Below, one piece after another: positions 55,858 through 64,000 of a DNA stretch of 64,000 nucleotides; within the stretch, counting starts at the first letter, position 1, and each line of letters starts with the position of its first letter. A program made the position numbers and the translations under genes. This stretch comes from Bacteroidaceae bacterium (GTDB lineage Bacteria > Bacillota > Clostridia > Oscillospirales > Oscillospiraceae), in contig CAVDFD010000001.1 of NCBI GenBank assembly GCA_963608145.1, positions 2,304-66,303 on the forward strand. The letters run 5' to 3'. The notes below the pieces were generated by a model that searched no databases, was not told the origin of the DNA, and saw nothing but the letters and a program-made list of their open reading frames with translations.

Positions 55858-57828
55858 GTGGACAAATTTGTGCTTAAATCTTCATATTCTCCGATGGGAG
55901 ATCAGCCGGAGGCGATAGATGCGCTTGTGCGCGGCATCGAAAACGGCCTTGAAGAGCAGGTGCTGCTCGGTGTTACGGGCTCGGGCAAGACCTTCACGAT
56001 GGCAAGCGTTATCGAACGCCTGAACCGCCCGACGCTGGTGCTGGCGCATAACAAAACGCTCGCCGCGCAGCTGTGCTCGGAGTTCCGCGAGTTTTTCCCC
56101 GACAATGCCGTCGAGTATTTCGTCTCCTACTACGACTATTACCAGCCGGAGGCATATATCCCGCACACTGATACCTTTATCGAAAAGGACAGCTCCATAA
56201 ACGACGAGATAGAGCGCCTGCGCCACAGCGCAACGTCCAGCCTCTTTGAGCGCAGGGACGTTATCGTCGTCGCCTCCGTGTCGTGCATCTACGGTCTCGG
56301 CGACCCTATCGACTATAAAAGCATGGTCATATCACTGCGCCCAGGGCAGACGCGCAGCTTTGACGAGCTGCTGCGCAAGCTCATCGAGATACGCTATGAG
56401 CGCAATGATATAGCCTTCGGGCGCAATATGTTCCGTGTCCGCGGCGACACGGTCGAGATATTTCCGGTCTATTCGCACGATAAGGCCATCCGCGTCGAGT
56501 TTTTCGGCGACGAGGTGGACAGAATAAGCGAGGTGAACGTCGTAACAGGCGCACCAATACGCTATCTCAGCCACGCGGCTATATATCCGGCCAGCCACTA
56601 TGTCGTCAGCCGCGACAAAATGGCGCGTGCCATAGGCGATATCCGCGCAGAGTGTGACGAGCGCGTGAAGTATTTTCAGGATAATGGCAAGCTTCTGGAG
56701 GCGCAGCGCATATCGCAGCGCACCAATTACGACATTGAAATGATGCAGGAGCTCGGCTACTGCTCCGGCATTGAAAACTATTCGCGTATTATATCGAACC
56801 GGCCTGCGGGCTCTGCGCCAATGACGCTGCTCGACTATTTTCCGAAGGACTTCCTGCTCTTTGTTGACGAAAGCCATGTCACTCTGCCTCAGGTCAGGGC
56901 AATGTACCGCGGCGATCATGCCCGCAAGGAGTCGCTGGTCGAATACGGCTTCCGCCTGCCATCGGCATACGATAACAGACCGCTGAAATTCGAGGAATTT
57001 CAGGAGCGGATAAATCAGGCGGTGTACGTCTCCGCAACGCCCGGCGACTTTGAGCGCGAGAGGGCGGGGCAGATAGCAGAGCAGATCATCCGCCCGACGG
57101 GACTGCTCGATCCGGAGATATCCGTCCGCCCGATAGAGGGACAGATAGACGATCTCATAAGCGAGATAAATATCCGAATCGAAAAGGGTCAGCGCACACT
57201 GGTCACGACGCTCACGAAGAAAATGGCAGAGGACCTTACCGAATACCTCGGCGCTGCCGGCATAAAATGCCGCTATATGCACCATGATATCGGCGCTATC
57301 GAGCGAATGGAGATCATCCGCAGCCTGCGTCTGGGCGACTTTGACGTTCTCGTCGGCATAAACCTGCTGCGCGAGGGGCTCGACCTGCCGGAGGTGAGCC
57401 TTGTAGCCATCCTCGATGCGGATAAGGAGGGCTTCCTGCGAAGCGAGACGAGCCTTATCCAGACCATCGGACGTGCTGCGCGCAACGCCGAGGGTACGGT
57501 CATCATGTATGCCGACACGGTCACGCGCTCGATGCGCCTTGCCATCGACGAGACCGAGAGAAGGCGTGCAAAGCAGTCGGCTTACAATAAAGAGCACGGC
57601 ATTGTGCCGAAAACCATAGTCAAAAGCGTTCGCGAGCTCATTGAGATATCCAGCGAGAGTGAGAAGGCGCTGCGCCGTGCCGACGGCGTGAAGCTTACAA
57701 ATAATGAGCGCAGGGAGCTTATAGAAAAGCTCGAAAAGGAAATGAAGGCCGCCGCAAAAATGCTTGAGTTCGAGCTTGCGGCACAGCTCAGGGACGAGAT
57801 AGTCCGTCTGCGCGGCGAGGTGAAATGA
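55858..57828 (+). CDS. uvrB: excinuclease ABC subunit B
   Basis: GTG 55858 lies 7 nt after [17 protein letters not shown] Walker A, helicase motifs and a C-terminal UVR domain ([11 protein letters not shown]). Confidence 0.97.
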   Translation: MDKFVLKSSYSPMGDQPEAIDALVRGIENGLEEQVLLGVTGSGKTFTMASVIERLNRPTLVLAHNKTLAAQLCSEFREFFPDNAVEYFVSYYDYYQPEAYIPHTDTFIEKDSSINDEIERLRHSATSSLFERRDVIVVASVSCIYGLGDPIDYKSMVISLRPGQTRSFDELLRKLIEIRYERNDIAFGRNMFRVRGDTVEIFPVYSHDKAIRVEFFGDEVDRISEVNVVTGAPIRYLSHAAIYPASHYVVSRDKMARAIGDIRAECDERVKYFQDNGKLLEAQRISQRTNYDIEMMQELGYCSGIENYSRIISNRPAGSAPMTLLDYFPKDFLLFVDESHVTLPQVRAMYRGDHARKESLVEYGFRLPSAYDNRPLKFEEFQERINQAVYVSATPGDFERERAGQIAEQIIRPTGLLDPEISVRPIEGQIDDLISEINIRIEKGQRTLVTTLTKKMAEDLTEYLGAAGIKCRYMHHDIGAIERMEIIRSLRLGDFDVLVGINLLREGLDLPEVSLVAILDADKEGFLRSETSLIQTIGRAARNAEGTVIMYADTVTRSMRLAIDETERRRAKQSAYNKEHGIVPKTIVKSVRELIEISSESEKALRRADGVKLTNNERRELIEKLEKEMKAAAKMLEFELAAQLRDEIVRLRGEVK

Positions 57829-60377
57829 TGAAACTGATGATACTTGACGGCAACAGCATAGTGAACCGTGCCTTTTACGGCATCCGTGCGCTCAGCGCAC
57901 CCGACGGCACGCCCACAAACGGAGTGTACGGCTTTCTGTCGATACTCCGCAAGCTGCTCGACGAGGAAAAGCCGGAGGCAGTATGCGTTGCCTTTGACCT
58001 GAAGGCTCCGACCTTCCGCCATCTGCGCTATTCAGGCTACAAGGCGCAGCGCAAGGGAATGCCCGAGGAGCTTGCCGTTCAGATGCCGGTATTAAAGCAG
58101 GTGCTCGACGCAATGGGAATACTGCGCCTTGAGCTTGAGGGCTTTGAAGCCGACGATCTGCTCGGCACGGCAGCCTGCCGCTGCCGCGATAAGGGCTGGG
58201 AGTGCCGCATAGTCACCGGCGATAAGGACAGCTTCCAGCTCATAACGGACACAAGTCACGTCTGCCATGTCAAAAGCCGCATGGGTCAGACCACAACTAC
58301 AGAATACACGCCCGAGCTCTTTTTCGAGGAGTACGGCTTTGAGCCTGAGCATATAGTCGATCTCAAGGCGCTGATGGGCGATGCCTCGGACAATATACCG
58401 GGCGTGCCCGGCGTGGGCGAGAAAACGGCGATGGGGCTCGTGCAGAAGTACAGACGCATCGAGACGATATATGATAATATAGATACCATCGACGTAAAGG
58501 AAGGAATGCGCAAAAAGCTGCGTGAGGGCAGGGACAGTGCGTTCTTATCCTTTGAGCTTGCGACGATATGCACCGACGCACCGATAGAATTTTCGCCGGA
58601 GCAGGCAGTCTGGCACGAGGATTACAGACCCGAGCTGTACGATGTTTTCAAAAGGCTCGGCTTTAACAAATTCATTGAAAAATGGGGGCTGAGCGAGAGC
58701 GCGGAGAGCGCGGCAGCGGCTCAGCTTGAGCACCTTCCGTGCATCGAGGATGCTGCCTTTGACGATATAATGAACGCTGTGAGGGCTGCCGAGTGCGTCG
58801 CCGTGACAGCCGATACCGGCTTTGACAGCCTTGAGCTATGCGACGGAAAGGCCGTGTATCATGCACGCTGGAGTGCCCTCGGCGACAATTACCGCTGCCT
58901 TGCGGAGTTTGTTTTCTCGGACAGAGTGAAAAAGCTCGGCCATAACGTCAAGGAGCTTATGACGCAGCTCATTGCCGAAAAGCTGCCGCTTGACGGCTTT
59001 GTATACGATACGGCGCTTGCAGGCTACCTGCTTGACGCGACGGCGGGAGACTACAGCCTTGCCCGCATGAGCATGGGCTATTGCGGCGCAGAGCTCAGCG
59101 GAGCGGAGGCCGTGTACAGACTGCGCCGCCCGACGGAGGATAAGCTTGCGCAGCTCGGAATGACAGAGCTTTTTTACGATATCGAAATGCCGCTGTGCCG
59201 CGTGCTTGCCGATATGCAGGAGCAGGGCTTTATGATAGACAGAGCGGCGCTTTCAGGCTTCGGCGAGAGCCTTACGGGTACGATAGCGGAGCTTGAGCGG
59301 GCGATATATGCTCATGCCGGCTGCGAGTTCAATATAAATTCACCCAAGCAGCTCGGCGAGGTGCTGTTCGACCGGCTCATGCTTCCGGCGGGCAAAAAGA
59401 CGAAAACAGGCTGGAGCACGAATGCCGACGTTCTCGAAAAGCTGCGCGGCAAGCACCCGATAGTGCAGATGGTGCTCGATTACCGTATGCTCACAAAGCT
59501 TAAATCTACCTATGCCGACGGGCTTTTGAAGCTCATCGACCCCGACGGCAGGATAAGAACTAAATTTCAGATGACCGTCACGGCAACGGGGCGGCTTTCA
59601 AGCACCGATCCCAATCTGCAGAACATCCCCATCCGAAAGGAGCTCGGCAGTCATATCCGCGAGATGTTCATTGCCTCAAAGGGCAATGTCCTCGTTGACG
59701 CGGACTACAGCCAGATAGAGCTGCGGCTCCTTGCGCACATATCCGGCGATAAGCATATGCAGGAGGCTTTTCTGAGCGGCGAGGATATCCACACGGTCAC
59801 GGCCTCGCAGGTCTTCAACACGCCAGCAGACGAGGTAACGCCCCTGCAGCGCAGCCGCGCAAAGGCTGTAAACTTCGGCATAGTCTACGGCATTTCCGCG
59901 TGGTCGCTTGCGCAGGATATCGGCGTATCACAGGCCGAGGCAAAGGCGTATATGGAGGCGTATTTAAACAAATACGACGGTGTGCGCGAGTATATGAAAA
60001 CGATAGTTGAAAAGGCAAAGCAGGACGGCTGCGTCACGACGCTGTATGCGCGCCGCCGTGAGCTGCCGGAGCTTAAATCGTCAAACTTCAACACACGCTC
60101 CTTCGGCGAGCGCGTCGCGCTGAATATGCCCATTCAGGGCACGGCGGCGGATATAATAAAGCTTGCTATGATCAATGTCTATAACAGGCTCAAAGTCGAG
60201 GGGCTGAGGGCAAGGCTCATTTTGCAGGTGCACGACGAGCTTATATGCGAATGCCCCGAGAACGAGGCGCAGACGGTGGCCGGTATCCTCCGTGAGGAAA
60301 TGAGCGGCGCGGCCAAGCTGAGCGTGCCGCTCACGGTCGAGGCCAAAATAGGACGCAGCTGGGCGGAGGCACACTGA
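57825..60377 (+). CDS. polA: DNA polymerase I
   Basis: 5-prime nuclease domain ([12 protein letters not shown]) and polymerase motifs DYSQIELR and QVHDEL. 850 aa. ATGA overlap with uvrB. Confidence 0.97.
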   Translation: MMKLMILDGNSIVNRAFYGIRALSAPDGTPTNGVYGFLSILRKLLDEEKPEAVCVAFDLKAPTFRHLRYSGYKAQRKGMPEELAVQMPVLKQVLDAMGILRLELEGFEADDLLGTAACRCRDKGWECRIVTGDKDSFQLITDTSHVCHVKSRMGQTTTTEYTPELFFEEYGFEPEHIVDLKALMGDASDNIPGVPGVGEKTAMGLVQKYRRIETIYDNIDTIDVKEGMRKKLREGRDSAFLSFELATICTDAPIEFSPEQAVWHEDYRPELYDVFKRLGFNKFIEKWGLSESAESAAAAQLEHLPCIEDAAFDDIMNAVRAAECVAVTADTGFDSLELCDGKAVYHARWSALGDNYRCLAEFVFSDRVKKLGHNVKELMTQLIAEKLPLDGFVYDTALAGYLLDATAGDYSLARMSMGYCGAELSGAEAVYRLRRPTEDKLAQLGMTELFYDIEMPLCRVLADMQEQGFMIDRAALSGFGESLTGTIAELERAIYAHAGCEFNINSPKQLGEVLFDRLMLPAGKKTKTGWSTNADVLEKLRGKHPIVQMVLDYRMLTKLKSTYADGLLKLIDPDGRIRTKFQMTVTATGRLSSTDPNLQNIPIRKELGSHIREMFIASKGNVLVDADYSQIELRLLAHISGDKHMQEAFLSGEDIHTVTASQVFNTPADEVTPLQRSRAKAVNFGIVYGISAWSLAQDIGVSQAEAKAYMEAYLNKYDGVREYMKTIVEKAKQDGCVTTLYARRRELPELKSSNFNTRSFGERVALNMPIQGTAADIIKLAMINVYNRLKVEGLRARLILQVHDELICECPENEAQTVAGILREEMSGAAKLSVPLTVEAKIGRSWAEAH

Positions 60378-61156
60378 TGCTGACTTATGAACAGGCAGGG
60401 GACGTTCTTGACGATCTGGTCGATGAGCTTCCCGAGGAGATATTCAAAAACCTAAACGGCGGCGTGAGCTTTATTGAAAACGCCGTGCGCAGTGATGACG
60501 GAAGATACACGCTCGGCATGTATTTCCGCGGCAAAATGGGCAGGCATATCGAGCTGTACTACGGCTCGTTTGCAGAGCTCTACGGCGATATGGACGACGA
60601 GATCTTCCGAAGAAGGCTCCGCAGCACGCTCCACCACGAGCTTACGCACCATATTGAAAGTCAGGCCGGCGACCGCAGCCTTGAGCGCTGGGACGAGCGG
60701 CAGGCGGAGCTGTGCGGCTTTAACGGCATAGACGTCAAGAGCATACTTTTTGTATGTGACGACAACAGCCTGTCTGCCGTCGCCGAGGCGGTGTTCAACT
60801 CCTCCAAGGCAGCTTACTGCCCCGAGGTCACGGCCTTTTCCGGCGGCATAAGCGTAAAGGACGGGATAAACCCGCGTGTTGTAAAATGCTGCGAGACGCT
60901 GGATATAAGGCTTGCGCACAGCTATGCCGTGCCGGTCACGCGTGAGCTCATAGAGCGCTGCGATGTCGTGCTGTGCATGACGGCGCTTCAGGCGCAGAAG
61001 CTCTCCGACGAATATCAGGATCTCGACGAGCGCATAATGTGTCTTGCCGATGAAGATATATATCCTCCGACGCTGCCGCTGGGCTGGAAAAAGTGTCTGC
61101 TCCGCATCGAGGACGAGACGCTTGCTGTCATTGATGAGCTGCGGGAGGAACTGTGA
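60377..61156 (+). CDS. fusion of a minimal zincin-like metallopeptidase domain (HExxH) and a degenerate LMW-PTP/ArsC-like domain
   Basis: The N-terminal ~115 aa carries HHELTHH (HExxH). The C-terminal ~140 aa begins ILFVCDDNSLSAVAEAVF, which is the LMW-PTP P-loop position. It keeps the Cys but has Ser where the invariant Arg of CX5R should be. Confidence 0.7.
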   Translation: MLTYEQAGDVLDDLVDELPEEIFKNLNGGVSFIENAVRSDDGRYTLGMYFRGKMGRHIELYYGSFAELYGDMDDEIFRRRLRSTLHHELTHHIESQAGDRSLERWDERQAELCGFNGIDVKSILFVCDDNSLSAVAEAVFNSSKAAYCPEVTAFSGGISVKDGINPRVVKCCETLDIRLAHSYAVPVTRELIERCDVVLCMTALQAQKLSDEYQDLDERIMCLADEDIYPPTLPLGWKKCLLRIEDETLAVIDELREEL

Positions 61157-61611
61157 TGCTTCGAGTTGTTGATACAAGGCCGGAGCAGCTTGACGATATC
61201 CTGCGCATCGAGCGGCAATGCTTTTCACTGCCGTGGACGCACGAGCAGCTTGCGGCTCAGCTGACGGACAGCATGCACATATTTCTTGCCGCCGAGGATG
61301 AAAGCGGCAGGGTGCTGGGCTATGTCGGCCTTATGTACGTTCTTGACGAGGGCTATATATCCAATGTCGCCGTGTCGCCCGACAGGCGGCGCGAGGGCAT
61401 AGCCGACATGCTGCTGACGCAGCTGCGCGCACGCGCAGAGGAGAAAAAGCTCAGCTTTTTGACTCTTGAGGTGCGCGAGAGCAATTTGGCGGCGCAGAGC
61501 CTGTATAAAAAACACGGCTACACCGAGGCAGGAAGACGCAGAGGCTATTACAGCCTGCCTAAGGAGGATGCCGTTTTGATGACTTGTTTTCTAAGTGAGG
61601 AAGAAAAATGA
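61156..61611 (+). CDS. rimI: ribosomal-protein-alanine N-acetyltransferase
   Basis: GNAT fold motif VSPDRRREGIADMLL. Located immediately upstream of tsaD. ATG 61156 (GTG 61153 is also possible). Confidence 0.88.
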   Translation: MLRVVDTRPEQLDDILRIERQCFSLPWTHEQLAAQLTDSMHIFLAAEDESGRVLGYVGLMYVLDEGYISNVAVSPDRRREGIADMLLTQLRARAEEKKLSFLTLEVRESNLAAQSLYKKHGYTEAGRRRGYYSLPKEDAVLMTCFLSEEEK

Positions 61612-62609
61612 AGATACTTGCCTTTGAATCATCCTGCGACGAGACTGCCGTTGCCGTTGTAGAGGACGGAAGAAACGTTCTGACCGATCAGATATTCTCT
61701 CAGGCCGATCTGCACGCCATTTATGGCGGCGTAGTGCCCGAGATAGCGTCAAGAAGCCACGTCGAGGTCATATCGCGCCTTGCCGAGCGCGCCGTTCAGG
61801 CAGCCGGAATCAAAAAAAGCGATATCGACGCAGTTGCCGCGACCTATGCTCCGGGACTTATAGGGACCGTGCTCGTCGGACTTAACTTTGCAAAGGCCGC
61901 GGCCATGAGCCTCGGCGTGCCGCTTATCCCCGTGCACCACATAAAGGGTCACGTTGCGGCAAACTACATAGCCTATCCCGAGCTTGAGCCTCCGTTTCTC
62001 TGCCTTGCAATATCAGGCGGAAATACGCTTATCATCGACGTGCGCAGCTACACCGAGCTCAAGGTCATCGGTGCAACACGCGACGACGCGGCGGGGGAGT
62101 GCTTTGACAAAACGGCACGAGTGCTCGGACTGCCGTACCCTGGCGGCAAGCCGATAGACGAGCTCTCGCAGGGCGGCGACGATAAAAAATATCATCTGCC
62201 GAGGACGCACATAGAGGGGCAGCCCTACGAGATGAGCTTTTCCGGCCTCAAGACGGCGGTGATAAACCTCGTTCACAACGCCGAGCAGAAGGGTGAGGAG
62301 CTTGACAGAAGCTCGCTGGCAGCATCCTTTACGGCAGCCGTGAGCGATGCTCTCGTACCGCGCACCATGATGGCCGCGCAGGAGCTCGGCTACAAAAAGA
62401 TCGCCATAGCCGGAGGTGTAGCGGCAAATTCCCGCATCCGCGCAGACTTCAAAGCTGCCGCGGAGAAGGCCGGCTGCGAGCTGTTCGTTCCGCCGCTCAG
62501 GCTGTGCGGAGACAACGCGGCGATGATAGGCTGTCAGGGCTATTACGAGTACCTTGCCGGAAATACCGCCGGCTGGGATCTCAACGCCTACGCGAATATG
62601 GAGCTGTAA
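61608..62609 (+). CDS. tsaD: tRNA N6-adenosine threonylcarbamoyltransferase
   Basis: MKILAFESSCDETAVAVV start and the HH.GH metal site (VHHIKGH). 333 aa. Confidence 0.95.
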   Translation: MKILAFESSCDETAVAVVEDGRNVLTDQIFSQADLHAIYGGVVPEIASRSHVEVISRLAERAVQAAGIKKSDIDAVAATYAPGLIGTVLVGLNFAKAAAMSLGVPLIPVHHIKGHVAANYIAYPELEPPFLCLAISGGNTLIIDVRSYTELKVIGATRDDAAGECFDKTARVLGLPYPGGKPIDELSQGGDDKKYHLPRTHIEGQPYEMSFSGLKTAVINLVHNAEQKGEELDRSSLAASFTAAVSDALVPRTMMAAQELGYKKIAIAGGVAANSRIRADFKAAAEKAGCELFVPPLRLCGDNAAMIGCQGYYEYLAGNTAGWDLNAYANMEL

Positions 62610-62621
62610 GGGGAGGAGCAC

Positions 62622-63293
62622 ATGGGCGTACATGACGGACACAGGGAGCGGATGAAAAGCCGCTTCGTCGAGGCCGGACTGGATGGCTTTAACGACCATA
62701 ACGCACTGGAAATGCTGCTGTTTTACGCCGTGCCGCGCAAGGATACAAACGAGCTTGCGCACAGGCTTTTAAAGCACTTCGGCTCGCTGACGGCAGTGTT
62801 CGAGGCAAGCCACGAGGAGCTTATGCGCATCGACGGCATAGGTGAGAACGCCGCGACGCTCATCAAGCTTGTACCCGAGGTCAGCCGACGTTATCTTCTC
62901 ACAAAAAGCCTGCCGACCAGGGTCATACGAAAAAGCGAGGATGCGGGAGCGTTTTTTGTTGCAAAGTTCATGTATGAGGTAAACGAGATCTGCTATGCGC
63001 TGCTTCTAAACTCCTCAAACGGAGTGATCGCCTGCAAGCAGATAAGCCGCGGCGTTGTGAATGCGACGGAGGTCGGCATAAGAATGCTGGTCGAGGCCGC
63101 CATAAAAAACAATGCCGTAAGCGTAATAATCGCCCATAATCACCCGGGCGCACTGCCGCTTCCGTCCAAGGAGGATGAGTACTGCACGCGGCTTGTCAAG
63201 AAGGCTCTGGACCTTGTTGACGTAAAATTGCTTGACCATATTATCGTCGGAGGCAAAGAGTTTCAATCTCTTAACAAATACGGGCTTATGTAA
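62622..63293 (+). CDS. radC: RadC-family JAB-domain protein
   Basis: N-terminal HhH region (GHRERMKSRF...) and JAMM motif HNHPGALPLPSKED. Confidence 0.9.
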   Translation: MGVHDGHRERMKSRFVEAGLDGFNDHNALEMLLFYAVPRKDTNELAHRLLKHFGSLTAVFEASHEELMRIDGIGENAATLIKLVPEVSRRYLLTKSLPTRVIRKSEDAGAFFVAKFMYEVNEICYALLLNSSNGVIACKQISRGVVNATEVGIRMLVEAAIKNNAVSVIIAHNHPGALPLPSKEDEYCTRLVKKALDLVDVKLLDHIIVGGKEFQSLNKYGLM

Positions 63294-63580
63294 ACAATAA
63301 CTTGTTTCTGAATTGCAACCAAAATAAACTACAGAGCTTTGAAATTATTAACATATCGACAAAATTCGTTGAATTTCAACGGATTTTTCGTGTTGATAAG
63401 TCTGTTGAAAATGTTGATAACTATATGCAAAATAATTTGCTGAAATAATTATGTAAACAAATTGAGACCTATTTGCAAAACTCTGAAAGCCTTGAATTTC
63501 TTAAACTTTTAATAAACATAATCTGCCTCCTGTGAGAATGATAAATTTCGTCATATACGAACTGTAATTATTATTTTTAT

Positions 63581-63609
63581 TTGACTTTATCGCCGGCATG
63601 TGCTAAAAT
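63581..63609 (+). promoter_or_regulatory. near-consensus sigma-A promoter driving the tRNA locus
   Basis: TTGACT (63581-63586), a 17-nt spacer ending in TGC, then TAAAAT (63604-63609). An AT-rich UP-like tract lies upstream. Confidence 0.6.
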
Positions 63610-63623
63610 GCCTAATGTCGTCT

Positions 63624-63675
63624 GCTGGTGTGGCTCAATGGCAGAGCATCTCACTCGTAATGAGAAGGTTGCAGA
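63624..63675 (+). pseudogene. truncated tRNA-Thr(CGU)-like 5-prime fragment (acceptor 5-prime strand, D arm, anticodon arm, variable loop; no T arm or 3-prime acceptor)
   Basis: GCTGGTG / TG / GCTC-AATGGCA-GAGC / A / TCTCA-CTCGTAA-TGAGA / AGGTT / GCAGA, then unrelated sequence. I found no complementary TCTGC or CACCAGC downstream. Confidence 0.5.
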
Positions 63676-63798
63676 CCATTTGAAAAGACGGGAAGCATTG
63701 AAAACACTTTGTTTCCTGAAAGGCACAGTTCCCGCAAACCCCGCTTTTGTGTCTTGTTTGTGTCTTATTCCTTAAAAAATGGGCTTTTAGCCCTATAT

Positions 63799-63874
63799 GC
63801 TGGTATAGCTCAGTCGGTAGAGCGACGCACTCGTAATGCGTAGGTCGCCGGTTCAAGTCCGGCTTCCAGCTCCA
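63799..63874 (+). tRNA. tRNA-Thr (anticodon CGU), encoded CCA
   Basis: Cloverleaf read by eye: acceptor GCTGGTA/TTCCAGC (one T-T mismatch), D arm AGCTCAGTCGGTAGAGC, anticodon stem-loop ACGCA-CTCGTAA-TGCGT, T arm GCCGG-TTCAAGT-CCGGC, discriminator T, then CCA. Confidence 0.93.
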
Positions 63875-63905
63875 CGCCCTCGCCTTTTGGCGGGGGCTTT
63901 TTCGT
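63875..63905 (+). terminator. rho-independent terminator after tRNA-Thr
   Basis: GCCCTCGCC pairs with GGCGGGGGC (one G-U pair) around the loop TTTT, followed by TTTTT. Confidence 0.6.
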
Positions 63906-64000
63906 GCTTTACAAAACCCATTCGGTTTTTTCGCTTTGCTTCGGTTTTTCTGAAAACCCCAAAAAGCCGATACAGAAAAAGAGACAGAAACAGAAAAAGA

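Noticed and set aside
63367-63420. Cluster of DnaA-box-like 9-mers: TGTTGATAA at 63391-63399 and 63412-63420, TGTTGAAAA at 63403-63411, plus the palindrome CGTTGAATTTCAACG at 63367-63381
   Set aside because: Each box differs from the TGTGGATAA consensus. No dnaA/dnaN genes or AT-rich unwinding-element context typical of oriC are present, and the flanking genes are radC and tRNA. More likely chance motifs or a local regulator site in AT-rich DNA. Only a genome-wide GC-skew or oriC search could revive the idea.
63635-63856. 73-aa minus-strand ORF and 64-aa plus-strand ORF (63581-63775) over the tRNA locus
   Set aside because: They overlap a promoter, a tRNA-like fragment and a bona fide tRNA-Thr. 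No RBS, so these are spurious.

Overview
This is a 64-kb chromosomal segment from a GC-rich Firmicute (roughly 55-60 percent GC in coding DNA by eye, strong GC3 bias). It looks like a spore-forming member of the Clostridia. That is inferred from the ylbJ / yqfC-yqfD-phoH-ybeY-era-yqzL-recO synteny, an SLH-domain wall protein and Gram-positive style RBS and promoters. About 70 percent of the window is ordinary housekeeping, nearly all on the + strand from 23.7 kb onward: murA, rlmH, phosphoglucomutase, era, recO, mutS2, ptsH, uvrC, rsmD, coaD, the str operon rpsL-rpsG-fusA-tuf, ftsEX, an S41 peptidase, greA, lysS, uvrB, polA, rimI, tsaD, radC and tRNA-Thr. The unusual parts are as follows. (1) At 14.2-18.5 kb (minus strand) there is a tightly overlapped partner-switching operon with no sigma factor. 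It encodes a polytopic-membrane PP2C phosphatase fused to an RsbW-type kinase, a STAS protein, a small (p)ppGpp-hydrolase-type HD protein, and a STAS domain fused to an APH-like kinase. (2) At 3.36-10.44 kb a cobalamin riboswitch carries a ~174-nt structured insertion. It precedes a beta-propeller/SLH wall protein, a DUF4430 lipoprotein and a complete ECF transporter, which together look like a candidate Gram-positive surface B12-capture system. (3) At 0-3.3 kb an ECF sigma/DUF4367 anti-sigma pair sits divergent from low-GC secreted proteins of unknown fold. (4) Smaller oddities include a P-loop NTPase heading a 2-oxoacid:ferredoxin oxidoreductase operon, a zincin fused to a degenerate LMW-PTP domain, a signal-peptide-only ORF after ftsX, an MBL-hydrolase gene remnant, and a truncated tRNA-Thr-like fragment behind a consensus promoter. 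I saw no CRISPR array, transposase, integrase, rRNA or recognisable defence genes. Many long ORFs in the supplied track are antisense shadows of GC3-rich genes and were rejected. All domain calls rest on motif recognition by eye; no searches were run.
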